DNA of 64,000 nt from Candidatus Pacearchaeota archaeon (GCA_023136775.1 JAGLQO010000001.1:47488-111487), one strand, 5' to 3'. Positions 17,451 to 25,698 are shown, counted from the stretch's first letter. Made by a program: numbers and translations. The notes: generated by a model not told the origin, from the sequence alone.

Positions 17451-18512
17451 TTAACCCTCCTTTATACCTCTTATTAATAGGTAGAGAAATAACGGTGCTC
17501 CAAGAAATGATGTGAGTATTCCAACTGGAAGAACTATGGGCGATATTATTGTTCTTGCTATGGTGTCAGATATTAGTAAAAATAATGCACCAAAGATTGC
17601 GGAAGCAGGAATAAGAAATCTTTCATTGCTTCCGATGATTCTTCGTACAATGTGTGGAACTACAAGACCAACAAAGGCAATAATTCCGAAGAAAGAAACT
17701 ACTAAGGCTGTTGAGAGGGATGCGATGAGCATTCCCCAGAGCCTTAATCCTTTGACATTAATACCTAGGCTTTTGGCGGTTTCGTCTCCGGCGTCAAGTA
17801 CGTTGTAATTAAAACTATTTTTTATAAAATATATTGTAGACGGAACTATTACTAAAGATAGTATAATAAAATCTTTCCAGTTCCCTCGTCCTAGGTCGCC
17901 AAATGTCCAGAAGATAATTGAGGATAATTGAATGTCGTCGGCAAAGTATTGCAAAGAGGTATATCCTGCTGTTGCGAGAGAGCCGAGTGCAATTCCTGTA
18001 AGTATCATTGTTTCGGGTTTGGCTCCTTTTAGTTTTGAGATGAACAGTATAAACATGCTGCTAATCATACTAAAGGTGAATGCAGATATGGTTATGATGT
18101 AGGGATTATTAAAAATAACTGCGTCGGTGTTGCTGCTGTGAGTACTTCCAGCTCCAAGTACAATAACCGCGAAGGCTGCTCCGAAGGCGGCGGAATGAGA
18201 TATTCCGAGCGTGAAGGGAGAGCCTAGTGGATTTCTCAGAATGCATTGCATTGCTGCCCCAGATATTGCTAAGGCGGCACCTGCTAAAACTGCACTGAGT
18301 ACTCTTGGTAATCTGATATGAAAGATTATTTGTGAAAAAATTTCATTTTCACCTTTTCTGGCGATTCCTAATAATACTTCACTCAATGTCATTTTCATAG
18401 AGCCCATTGTTAGTCCAATTAAAATAAATAGGCTCAGGAGGATTGAAGTTATTAGGAGGAAAATAATATTTTTTTTAATATGTTTTTTGTAATCAGTAAG
18501 AATTTTGTTCAT
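17451..18512 (-). CDS. ABC transporter permease, FecCD/BtuC family
   Basis: start at MNKILTDYKK behind AAAGGAGAAAAC; RLPRVLSAVLAGAALAISGAAMQCILRNPLGSPFTLGIS is FecCD-typical. Confidence 0.9.
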   Translation of the reverse strand: MNKILTDYKKHIKKNIIFLLITSILLSLFILIGLTMGSMKMTLSEVLLGIARKGENEIFSQIIFHIRLPRVLSAVLAGAALAISGAAMQCILRNPLGSPFTLGISHSAAFGAAFAVIVLGAGSTHSSNTDAVIFNNPYIITISAFTFSMISSMFILFISKLKGAKPETMILTGIALGSLATAGYTSLQYFADDIQLSSIIFWTFGDLGRGNWKDFIILSLVIVPSTIYFIKNSFNYNVLDAGDETAKSLGINVKGLRLWGMLIASLSTALVVSFFGIIAFVGLVVPHIVRRIIGSNERFLIPASAIFGALFLLISDTIARTIISPIVLPVGILTSFLGAPLFLYLLIRGIKEG

Positions 18513-18607
18513 AGTTTTCTCCTTTAATTTTATTCTACTCCAGATATTAGAAGTAGTTTTCAAGACCCTCCAATAATTAAATTGAAGGGCTATGAAAATA
18601 ATTTTAT

Positions 18608-19096
18608 TTATTTAGGGTCATTATTAACAAACCCAAAAACAAACCCAAAAACAAACCCACTAATAAGCCCATAAACAAGTCCATAAACAAGTCCATAAAC
18701 AAGTCCAAAAACAAGTCCAATAACAAGCCAACCAACAAGTCCAACAACAAGTCCAACAACAAGCCCAATAACAAGACAGCTAACAAGCCCATTTTCTCCA
18801 ATCTTTTTCAACTTCCTAAATCCGCCTTTCTTCCAAGCGTAAAAACAAATTGCAGTTGAGACAATAAGGCAATATTCAATTAACAAGACTGGAATAACCA
18901 GAAGAGAAGATAGTTCTTCTGAGGAATAAAATTCCTTAAACCATTCAATGATTAGAAATCCCAGTATAATTGAGGCTGTGATGGAAATCAAACCAAGGCT
19001 GAATCGAATTGCATCTGCTAAATTTTTGCATCTGCAATAACCAATTGTAATCATAACTGTAATAATAACAAGTCCAATTGTAAAGATAATGTTCAT
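18608..19096 (-). CDS. multi-pass membrane protein, paralogue family 1, with G-L-V repeat tail
   Basis: start at MNIIFTIGLV behind AAGGAGAAAA; AWKKGGFRKLKK motif; C-terminus GLVVGLVVGLVGWLVIGLVFGLVYGLVYGLVY. Confidence 0.6.
   Translation of the reverse strand: MNIIFTIGLVIITVMITIGYCRCKNLADAIRFSLGLISITASIILGFLIIEWFKEFYSSEELSSLLVIPVLLIEYCLIVSTAICFYAWKKGGFRKLKKIGENGLVSCLVIGLVVGLVVGLVGWLVIGLVFGLVYGLVYGLVYGLISGFVFGFVFGFVNNDPK
18620..18795 (-). repeat. 12-nt-period tandem repeat inside the CDS
   Basis: ACAAGTCCATAA/ACAAGTCCAACA/ACAAACCCAAAA units readable in the sequence; encodes the (G-L/F-V-x)n tail. Confidence 0.8.
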
Positions 19097-19174
19097 AATT
19101 TTCTCCTTAAAGATTTTATTTGAGAATATTTTCTCATCTGTGTACATAATAATTATTACACACACAGAAAAGAA

Positions 19175-19194
19175 GCGGTTAATTTCTTAACCGC
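19175..19194 (-). terminator. hairpin terminator (GCGGTTAA family)
   Basis: GCGGTTAA-TTTC-TTAACCGC followed by TTCTTTTCTGTGTGTG; copies at 19719, ~27170 and 28757. Confidence 0.6.
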
Positions 19195-19201
19195 TTTGGG
19201 A

Positions 19202-19594
19202 TTATTTTGCACCATGAGATTTGAGAAGTTTAATTATTTTCTTATTGCCATACTTTGATGCAACAGTAAGCACAGTCCAGAAATTATTATCCTTAGTATT
19301 AACATCCGCCCCTTTCTCAATAAGTAGCTCAACGATGTTATCATATCCATGAAAAGAAGTCCACATCAATACAGTCCAGCCATTCTTATCAACAGCATTA
19401 ACATCAGCCCCAGCACCAATCAACATCTTAACAATGTTATCATATTCATTGCCAGAAGCCAACATCAATACAGTTCTTCCATCCTCATCAACAGCATTTA
19501 CATCCGCCCCCTTTCGTAATGCTTTTTCTGTTATTTTGATATCACCGATTCTCGCGGACATTAATAACATAGCATTAGCTCGTTCTTTCTTCAT
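19202..19594 (-). CDS. ankyrin-repeat protein
   Basis: three GADVNAVD..GxTVLMxA repeats. Confidence 0.8.
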   Translation of the reverse strand: MKKERANAMLLMSARIGDIKITEKALRKGADVNAVDEDGRTVLMLASGNEYDNIVKMLIGAGADVNAVDKNGWTVLMWTSFHGYDNIVELLIEKGADVNTKDNNFWTVLTVASKYGNKKIIKLLKSHGAK

Positions 19595-19749
19595 AACAAT
19601 CTCCTTATTTAACTACTCCGAAAAGAACCAATGATCCTAATAATTCGAAGTTAGTTTAATTTTATTTGAGAATATTTTCTCATCTGTGTATATAATAATA
19701 TTTCATATACACAGAAAAGAAGCGGTTAATTTCTTAACCGTTTTGGGAA

Positions 19750-20277
19750 TTAATAGTTTAAGCGATTCAATTTTATAAATGCCATTTCTTTAGCTTTTGA
19801 ATCTTCTTCTGCAAGTCCAATAATATCAAAAAATTGTCTCCTGTTCTTTGCTAATTTAACTGCGAGTAGAAGAATATGATTAAGAAGTTGCGGATGGGAT
19901 TTAATCTCAATAGCTATTTGGATAACTTCATCAAACTTTTCATTTTTTTCTGCCAGTTTTTCCCTTTTCTTTATGGCTTGTAAATAAATGCCTGGAAAAT
20001 TTATTTTTGAATATAAGCAAATAGCTTTTAATTCAAGATTATTTTCTGTTTGTTCAAGCATTTGTATTAATACCATCCTTAACAATCTGACATTCAATTT
20101 TTCAAGGAATATTTTTTTACTTTGACAAAATTTATCTGAGAGTTCTATTGCGTTTTCGAGTATTTTGTATCGGAGGTTTTTATATCCGAATTTGTTTTTA
20201 CATTCTTGATAAAGTTTCCAGATTTCATCAAATGTTTTAACTTTTTTTGATTGTAGTTTTATTTTTCTCTTTTTCAT
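19750..20277 (-). CDS. alpha-helical hypothetical protein
   Basis: start at MKKRKIKLQS behind AAAAGGAGC; the longer track ORF would run through the tRNA-like gene. Confidence 0.55.
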   Translation of the reverse strand: MKKRKIKLQSKKVKTFDEIWKLYQECKNKFGYKNLRYKILENAIELSDKFCQSKKIFLEKLNVRLLRMVLIQMLEQTENNLELKAICLYSKINFPGIYLQAIKKREKLAEKNEKFDEVIQIAIEIKSHPQLLNHILLLAVKLAKNRRQFFDIIGLAEEDSKAKEMAFIKLNRLNY

Positions 20278-20317
20278 ATTAGCTCCTTTTGCTTGGATTT
20301 GTTTAATAAAATGAAGT

Positions 20318-20387
20318 TGACCCCTAAAGGATTTGAACCTTCGCCTATGTCTGGTTGGACACTGCTCTGCCATTAAATGGAGGGGTC
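20318..20387 (-). tRNA. tRNA-like gene, aberrant D arm and 6-nt anticodon loop
   Basis: acceptor GACCCCT/AGGGGTC, T arm GAAGG-TTCAAAT-CCTTT; best anticodon stem GTGTC/GACAT encloses only CAACCA; D region CCATTTAATGG is non-canonical. Confidence 0.4.
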
Positions 20388-20424
20388 GTTTGTTGGAAGT
20401 TATATTTCCAACGGGATAATTTTA

Positions 20425-20721
20425 CTAGATGTCTTTTATTTTGACTATTACGAAAACAATAATGAGTAGTCCCGAAATAATTGTTTGGGGAGAAATTCTT
20501 TTTTTGCCGTCTTCGTTTTCGTAGGTGAATCCATAGATGCAAGTTATTATTACAATTACAAGTATTCCTGCGGATGCAATTGTTATGGTTTGGCTATAAT
20601 GTCGAATCCATTCTGCAATCACCTTGTATGTTCCTTCTGCAATAAATTTAAGTTCAAATGCAGCTATAAGGACTACTGTAATAATAGCTTTTAATGCCGG
20701 GATAAGTTTTTCTTTGTTCAT
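20425..20721 (-). CDS. small membrane protein
   Basis: start at MNKEKLIPALK behind AAAGGAGAAAA; 3 TM segments. Confidence 0.55.
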   Translation of the reverse strand: MNKEKLIPALKAIITVVLIAAFELKFIAEGTYKVIAEWIRHYSQTITIASAGILVIVIITCIYGFTYENEDGKKRISPQTIISGLLIIVFVIVKIKDI

Positions 20722-20816
20722 GATTTTCTCCTTTGTTATTTTCTCCTTCAAGCTATTTATTTAGAATAGCTTGAAGGAGAACAGGCTTACAATTTAATTG
20801 TAAGCCTGTGAATTGT

Positions 20817-21080
20817 TTAGTAAATTATGCGAGTTCGTGAGGTTCTTCTGCCTGGATATTTTTTCAGTAGTTTATTAACCCTTGCTTCGAAATCTCGTTT
20901 TTCTGAAAAGGAAAGGGCATTATAAATTTTCCATCCAAGAGAATTTGGTTTTGGGACTGGATTCCCATTTTTTGAGGACCAGTGTTTTTTGTTGAAACGA
21001 TTTTTTAAATAGTTGTCTGGATTGCAATTTCTGGGAAGATGCTTAAGACTGAGAGGGTTTGTGATTGTTTTGTTGCTCAT
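20817..21080 (-). CDS. basic hypothetical protein (87 aa)
   Basis: GGAGAA RBS. Confidence 0.5.
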   Translation of the reverse strand: MSNKTITNPLSLKHLPRNCNPDNYLKNRFNKKHWSSKNGNPVPKPNSLGWKIYNALSFSEKRDFEARVNKLLKKYPGRRTSRTRIIY

Positions 21081-21162
21081 TTTGATTCTCCATATAAATT
21101 TATTTTTGAGTATTCATACGAATACCCTTTATGTTTGGCAGGGTTTGATTCCTGACTGTATG

Positions 21163-21438
21163 TTAGACATGTGATTTTCTCTTGTTTGTGATTTTTATAT
21201 AAATTGTTTTTATTCCGAGGGTGATAATGATACTCAGTATGTATGATACAATAAAATAGATTATCCAGAAAAAACAATTCTTTGCAAATCCTTTTGGTAT
21301 TACATTCATGATAAAATATGAATTCTTGAAGACAATTCTTATACAGATGCCCGCAATAAATATTATCAATCCAATAAGAATTGCTATGTCTTCGAAAATA
21401 ATATCTCTATTGTGAGGTTTTTCATAATAACTTAACAT
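21163..21438 (-). CDS. small membrane protein
   Basis: AAGGAGAG RBS; 2-3 TM segments. Confidence 0.5.
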   Translation of the reverse strand: MLSYYEKPHNRDIIFEDIAILIGLIIFIAGICIRIVFKNSYFIMNVIPKGFAKNCFFWIIYFIVSYILSIIITLGIKTIYIKITNKRKSHV

Positions 21439-21563
21439 TTTTCTCTCCTTGATTAATTTTGTTTGAATGTATATTTAGTTCCTCCTTTTTATAAGTGATA
21501 TATCTCCCTTGACTTTATAATTATTGGAGATACTGTGAGCTACGTTTATGTTTAAAATAATAA

Positions 21564-21606
21564 GGTTGCGCAAATTGTATTCCTTTAGATACTACAATTC
21601 GCAACC
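21564..21606 (-). terminator. long hairpin terminator
   Basis: GGTTGCGCAAATTGTA...TACAATTCGCAACC followed by TTATTATTTT on the minus strand. Confidence 0.6.
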
Positions 21607-21702
21607 GATGACAAGCTAGTCCTTAATCTAGATGTGTTATAGGCATCTGATTACTCTAATAAAAATAAGGAAACTGTTGTACTTGAAATCCAGCAAATCT
21701 GC

Positions 21703-22407
21703 TTAAAACCTGTACATTATTGAAGCTGCGGCATAGGTTCCGTATGTTTTTGTATTGGGATCGACGTTTATACTTGTTGTATATTCGTCCCAGCTTTTAT
21801 CAGAGTAGACATATCTATCAGTTATAGAACCTTCTATTGAAGTAATCCAGCTGACACTGTAGCCAACTTCAATTCCGAATTCAAGACCTGGTACTCTTTG
21901 AAAGGGCTTAAAGTCGATACCAACAAATAGAGGAGATTCAATCATTGTAATTGATCCTTCTACGGTAATCGTGCTGCCGTATTCATCATAGCCGTATTCA
22001 CCATCGAGGTTTAGGAACATCACATTGAGACCAATACCTGTATATACATCAAAGAAATCTTCTTCAATGAAGGCATATTCTCCACGGATACCAAACCCTA
22101 TGGCAAAAAGTCCTACGCTGAGTGTTTCACCATCTACTGGGAAAATAGTTTCCGAATCTGAATTTGTATATCCAGTCGAATCTTTATAATCCGTGCTGAT
22201 CTCAATAGTTGGGTCTTTGAGGAAAAATCCATTGTTCCCAACAAGAAGTCCAAGTGTAAACCTGCCAGCTTCAAATTCTCCAGCAACGCCTTCCAATGAA
22301 CCGCTTTTTTGAATACCCACACCAAAATGAGTGTCCTGGGAAAAAGCTCCGATACTTACCAGTGCGATGAGAATAAATGAGATAATGAGAATTTTAGTAA
22401 ACTTCAT
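21703..22407 (-). CDS. outer-membrane beta-barrel-like protein
   Basis: AGGAGGT RBS; signal peptide; Gly/aromatic beta pattern; C-terminal ...IMYRF. Confidence 0.65.
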   Translation of the reverse strand: MKFTKILIISFILIALVSIGAFSQDTHFGVGIQKSGSLEGVAGEFEAGRFTLGLLVGNNGFFLKDPTIEISTDYKDSTGYTNSDSETIFPVDGETLSVGLFAIGFGIRGEYAFIEEDFFDVYTGIGLNVMFLNLDGEYGYDEYGSTITVEGSITMIESPLFVGIDFKPFQRVPGLEFGIEVGYSVSWITSIEGSITDRYVYSDKSWDEYTTSINVDPNTKTYGTYAAASIMYRF

Positions 22408-22453
22408 AAGTTTACCTCCTAAATTTTATTACACCTCATACGAGATGCTCCAT

Positions 22454-22506
22454 ATCCAGCGAGATAATGAATCTCGACTTTTCAAGTAGATACTATAGTA
22501 ATGGAT
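22454..22506. repeat. intergenic repeat family C, copy 1
   Basis: ATCCAGCGAGATAATGAATCTCGAC...GGAT, near-identical to 23627..23679. Confidence 0.75.
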
Positions 22507-22518
22507 ATTTTGAATAGA

Positions 22519-22737
22519 TTATGAATTACAAATTTTTTTAAGATTTCTTATCAATCTCTTCACTTCTATCTTTTGAAAAAATGATAAGTCGTTAAGCTGC
22601 TCAGCTTCAATTTTTTCTACTTTTTTTAGAGTAAACTTTTTTTGATTTCTTAATTTCTCTTTAATTTCAGCTTCAAATTGCTCAATTTCTTTTATAAGGG
22701 CTAAGGCTTTATCTAAATTCTCCAACTTTTCTTTCAT
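22519..22737 (-). CDS. coiled-coil hypothetical protein (72 aa)
   Basis: TAGGAGAAAAA RBS. Confidence 0.5.
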   Translation of the reverse strand: MKEKLENLDKALALIKEIEQFEAEIKEKLRNQKKFTLKKVEKIEAEQLNDLSFFQKIEVKRLIRNLKKICNS

Positions 22738-22787
22738 ATTTTTCTCCTAAAATTTTATTACTCAACTATATAGATGGGCTAACTGTA

Positions 22788-22917
22788 AATGTTATGCCGC
22801 CCTAGGCTTCTGACACCTAATTAAGAAGTACTTCTTCGGACGGAAGGCTCTAAGCCGTTAGGGAAATCATGTTCCCTTAGTTGTTTGAGTTTTGATAGAG
22901 GAGGTCTCAACCCTTCT
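22788..22917. repeat. intergenic repeat family B, copy 1 (~130 bp)
   Basis: aligns along its length with 24218..24349 (AATGTTATGCCG.CCTAGGCTT.TGACACCTAAT.AAGAAGTACTTCTTCGGACG...GAAATCATGTTCCCTTA...TAGAGGAGGTCTCAACCCTTCT). Confidence 0.8.
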
Positions 22918-22951
22918 GTGTATTAAGAATTGTTTTGCAATCCGGCTGGAA

Positions 22952-23104
22952 TTACAGACTCTGAATATACCTGCGTCTTTTGTCCCTGGCCAAATTGCCT
23001 CTTCTTTCTTCTGCAATCGTTGCAGCAGTTCTGTCATCTCTTTTCCTGTCCGAGATGTTATTCTCTTTGATTATTCTCTGCGTTGCCTCTTCTCTTTTTC
23101 CCAT
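22952..23104 (-). CDS. small basic protein (50 aa)
   Basis: ATG 23104 behind AAGGAGCGAGGAGAG; below ORF-track cutoff; Arg/Lys/Glu-rich. Confidence 0.45.
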   Translation of the reverse strand: MGKREEATQRIIKENNISDRKRDDRTAATIAEERRGNLARDKRRRYIQSL

Positions 23105-23131
23105 ATTTCTCTCCTCGCTCCTTAGAGCTAA

Positions 23132-23563
23132 TTATTCTTTGGAAACTGCTTCCATGAGCTCATCAATCTCTTTTTGAGAAAGTACTACGTCTTTAGATAA
23201 TAATGCTTCATGTAGATCTTCGAATGTTATATCTAATCCGAATACTAAGTTTACAGAATGCCTGACTTTTTCAGGGTATTCCCCAAGGCGTATATAAAAT
23301 GAGAACATTCTTACCATTGCAGCCTCGTTATCTGTCAAATCAGAGTGGATAATTAAATCCTCTATAATTTGTTTTGAATATTTCGGATCGGTCCCATTCA
23401 TAAGTAGTATTAGAAGTACTTTGACCACATAATGCGTATCCGTCCTAATATTATCTTCTAATGTCAGCAGGCCAGTCTTCGTGCCAGTATTGAGGTGGTT
23501 GAGCATTTCCAAAGCAAACTTCTTGAGTTGTCTTTTACTTTCATAGAATTTTTTTACATTCAT
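23132..23563 (-). CDS. hypothetical protein
   Basis: start at MNVKKFYESK behind TAGGGAGAAAAG. Confidence 0.55.
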   Translation of the reverse strand: MNVKKFYESKRQLKKFALEMLNHLNTGTKTGLLTLEDNIRTDTHYVVKVLLILLMNGTDPKYSKQIIEDLIIHSDLTDNEAAMVRMFSFYIRLGEYPEKVRHSVNLVFGLDITFEDLHEALLSKDVVLSQKEIDELMEAVSKE

Positions 23564-23626
23564 TTCTTTTCTCCCTAAAATTTTATTACCCAACTATACA
23601 GATGGGTTTAACAATAAATGTTATGC

Positions 23627-23679
23627 ATCCAGCGAGATAATGAATCTCGACTTTTTGAGTTGATACAATAGTATTGGAT
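23627..23679. repeat. intergenic repeat family C, copy 2
   Basis: see 22454..22506. Confidence 0.75.
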
Positions 23680-23697
23680 GCTTTTGGAATTAAACAG

Positions 23698-24180
23698 TTA
23701 CTGAAGAGCTTTTGTGGTATCAAAGTAGAATATTATTTTGCTTTGTTTCGTCTTTATTCCAAATGACCACCATCCGAATTTATTTTCAAAATCCAGTTTT
23801 TCAGCATAGCTTCTATTTGATGGAACAGTGGTTCCTGCAATACGGCTCTTGCTACCGTCTTCAGCATGGAATAAATAAAATACCGATATCTCGTCACTCT
23901 GGACTGTCTGGACAGAAATAAATGGTGGAGTTAAATCAGTCTTTTTTACATCTGAATATAATATAATATTATATTCAGTAGTGTTAGAAACACCTGGCTC
24001 AGACTCTGATTCAATTATAAGAGAAATTAAGACTACAATAGCACATATTGCACCAAGTACAAAAGCCGCATTAATTATTCTTTCCCACTTCTTTTTTTGA
24101 TTTGTATCTACCCTTTTGTAAATTCCAATTCCAAGTGTAAATAGCCCGACTCCCAAAACTGTCAATATAATAATTATCAT
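23698..24180 (-). CDS. membrane-anchored hypothetical protein
   Basis: TAGGAGAGTG RBS; two N-terminal TM segments. Confidence 0.55.
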   Translation of the reverse strand: MIIIILTVLGVGLFTLGIGIYKRVDTNQKKKWERIINAAFVLGAICAIVVLISLIIESESEPGVSNTTEYNIILYSDVKKTDLTPPFISVQTVQSDEISVFYLFHAEDGSKSRIAGTTVPSNRSYAEKLDFENKFGWWSFGIKTKQSKIIFYFDTTKALQ

Positions 24181-24217
24181 GACACTCTCCTAAAATTTTG
24201 TTACACTTCCATACGAA

Positions 24218-24349
24218 AATGTTATGCCGTCCTAGGCTTTTGACACCTAATCAAGAAGTACTTCTTCGGACGAACTAAGCTCTAGGCCATTGGGGAAATC
24301 ATGTTCCCTTAATTGTTAGAGTTTTTGTAGAGGAGGTCTCAACCCTTCT
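24218..24349. repeat. intergenic repeat family B, copy 2
   Basis: see 22788..22917. Confidence 0.8.
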
Positions 24350-24375
24350 ATAAATTAGTTAATTAACGCTCCAGG

Positions 24376-24750
24376 TTATCTAAGGTGACGAATAAGTCTC
24401 TCGAATTCCTTTATTGCTTTATCAAGATTAATGTTGTCGGTATAAATTTCATTTTCTAAATCGACAACATTAGATTTGTCTGGAAGTTCTAAATGGGTAT
24501 CCATTAGACGCCCAGTTATGGAAATAAAGAGTTCGGAAGGTTGCCCTAGAAATCCTCTTTCAACAATTACTCTGTTTATTTCTTTTCCAGAATTAACAAT
24601 CAATTCCTGAAGACGGTACTGAAGGAATATAAGTTTTTCAATTTTTATAACCTTTAGTTCTTTTTCAGCTTCTTCCAAATAATATTCGTGCGTATTCACC
24701 TCCTTTGTAGCTATTATTATTTTCCGATTTAATTCTTTTAACATGTTCAT
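24376..24750 (-). CDS. hypothetical protein (124 aa)
   Basis: TAGGAGAAAAG RBS. Confidence 0.55.
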   Translation of the reverse strand: MNMLKELNRKIIIATKEVNTHEYYLEEAEKELKVIKIEKLIFLQYRLQELIVNSGKEINRVIVERGFLGQPSELFISITGRLMDTHLELPDKSNVVDLENEIYTDNINLDKAIKEFERLIRHLR

Positions 24751-24790
24751 TTCTTTTCTCCTAAAAATTTATTTCTTTTTTACAAAAGAT

Positions 24791-24862
24791 TCCGTCTGAG
24801 TGGATTCGAACCACCAACCTTTAGATAAAAATTCTAATACTCTTGCCTCGAGCTACAAACGG
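24791..24862 (-). tRNA. tRNA-Lys(UUU)
   Basis: 72-nt cloverleaf: acceptor CCGTTTG/CAGACGG, D GCTC-GAGGCAA-GAGT, anticodon arm TTAGA-ATTTTTA-TCTAA, T GGTGG-TTCGAAT-CCACT; position 37 is U, which is unusual. Confidence 0.75.
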
Positions 24863-24877
24863 ATGATTTTTTTATAA

Positions 24878-24933
24878 GAAATCATGTTCCCTTAATGTTA
24901 GAGTTTTTTTTAAAGGAAGTCTTAATCCCCCTG
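24878..24933. repeat. intergenic repeat family B, partial copy 3 (upstream of tRNA-Lys)
   Basis: GAAATCATGTTCCCTTAATGTTAGAG...AAGGAAGTCTTAATCCCCCT matches the right half of family B. Confidence 0.65.
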
Positions 24934-25001
24934 TTAATTAAGAATATGTTCTTACAAGGAATTCGAATTAAGATTTGAATTCCTTGTAAGATATTAATTC
25001 T

Positions 25002-25562
25002 TTATTCAGAATACTCATAGGTAGTAGAATCCCCATTCCAGTCAGTCACCTTAACCAACAACCCATCCCCATATTCATAGGTAATATATAGTCCATCCCA
25101 GTAAGTCGCCTCAACCAGCAACCCATCCCTATATTCATAGGTAGTAGAATCCCCATCCTCGTCAGTCATCTTAATTAACAACCCATCCTCATATTCATAG
25201 GTAGTAGAATCCCCATCCTCGTCAGTCATCTTAATTAACAACCCATCCTCATATTCATAGGTAGTATACCATCCATTCCAGTCAGTCGCCTCAACCAGCA
25301 ACCCATCCTCATACTCATAGGTAATATATAGTCCATTCCAGTCAGTCTTTTTAACTAACAACCCATCCTCATACTCATAAGTAACAGAATATCCATCCTT
25401 GTAAGTCTTTTTAACCAGCAACCCATTTTCATACTCATAGGTAATAGAATCCCCATCCTTGTTAGTTTTTTTAATGGTCTTAATTCCCGGCTTGCATTTC
25501 AGCATAGGATTTTCATTAAGTAAAACTTTCCAAGATGTTTCTTTGTTATTAATTTTTTCCAT
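25002..25562 (-). CDS. YD-like 20-aa repeat protein
   Basis: eight tandem units of the form tYEYEDGLLVkxTDxdGdsi; period and the Y-x-Y-E/D-x-G-L-L core resemble RHS/YD repeats. Confidence 0.6.
   Translation of the reverse strand: MEKINNKETSWKVLLNENPMLKCKPGIKTIKKTNKDGDSITYEYENGLLVKKTYKDGYSVTYEYEDGLLVKKTDWNGLYITYEYEDGLLVEATDWNGWYTTYEYEDGLLIKMTDEDGDSTTYEYEDGLLIKMTDEDGDSTTYEYRDGLLVEATYWDGLYITYEYGDGLLVKVTDWNGDSTTYEYSE
25010..25450 (-). repeat. 60-bp tandem repeats inside the CDS
   Basis: adjacent units at 25141-25200 and 25201-25260 are identical as printed; other units differ at a few positions. Confidence 0.85.
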
Positions 25563-25698
25563 CTTTGACCTCCAGTCAATTTTAGTGATTTTTAACGTTA
25601 TATATAATTCCCACTTTTTTCAAAAGTGTTATTTTCAAAGTTTAAAATAAGTAGCTTCTCCAAAATTTATTTTGGAGAAGCTACTGTTAACTGCCAAA

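Noticed and set aside
18620-18795. Possible CRISPR-like or array-like repeats (also 25010-25450 and 27522-28715)
   Set aside because: The first two are in-frame coding tandem repeats of 12-nt and 60-nt period. The third is a two-copy segmental duplication. No repeat-spacer architecture exists anywhere in the window.
22892-23125. 77-aa plus-strand ORF starting at TTG after a GGAGG box
   Set aside because: The GGAGG belongs to repeat family B. The opposite strand carries an RBS-led 50-aa ORF (22952..23104) that is co-oriented with all neighbours.
22788-24349. Integron-like cassette array, with intergenic repeats acting as attC sites
   Set aside because: The repeats read GTT...AAC rather than RYYYAAC...GTTRRRY, and their ends are not mutually complementary. 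Each gene has its own RBS and often its own promoter and terminator. No intI gene is present.
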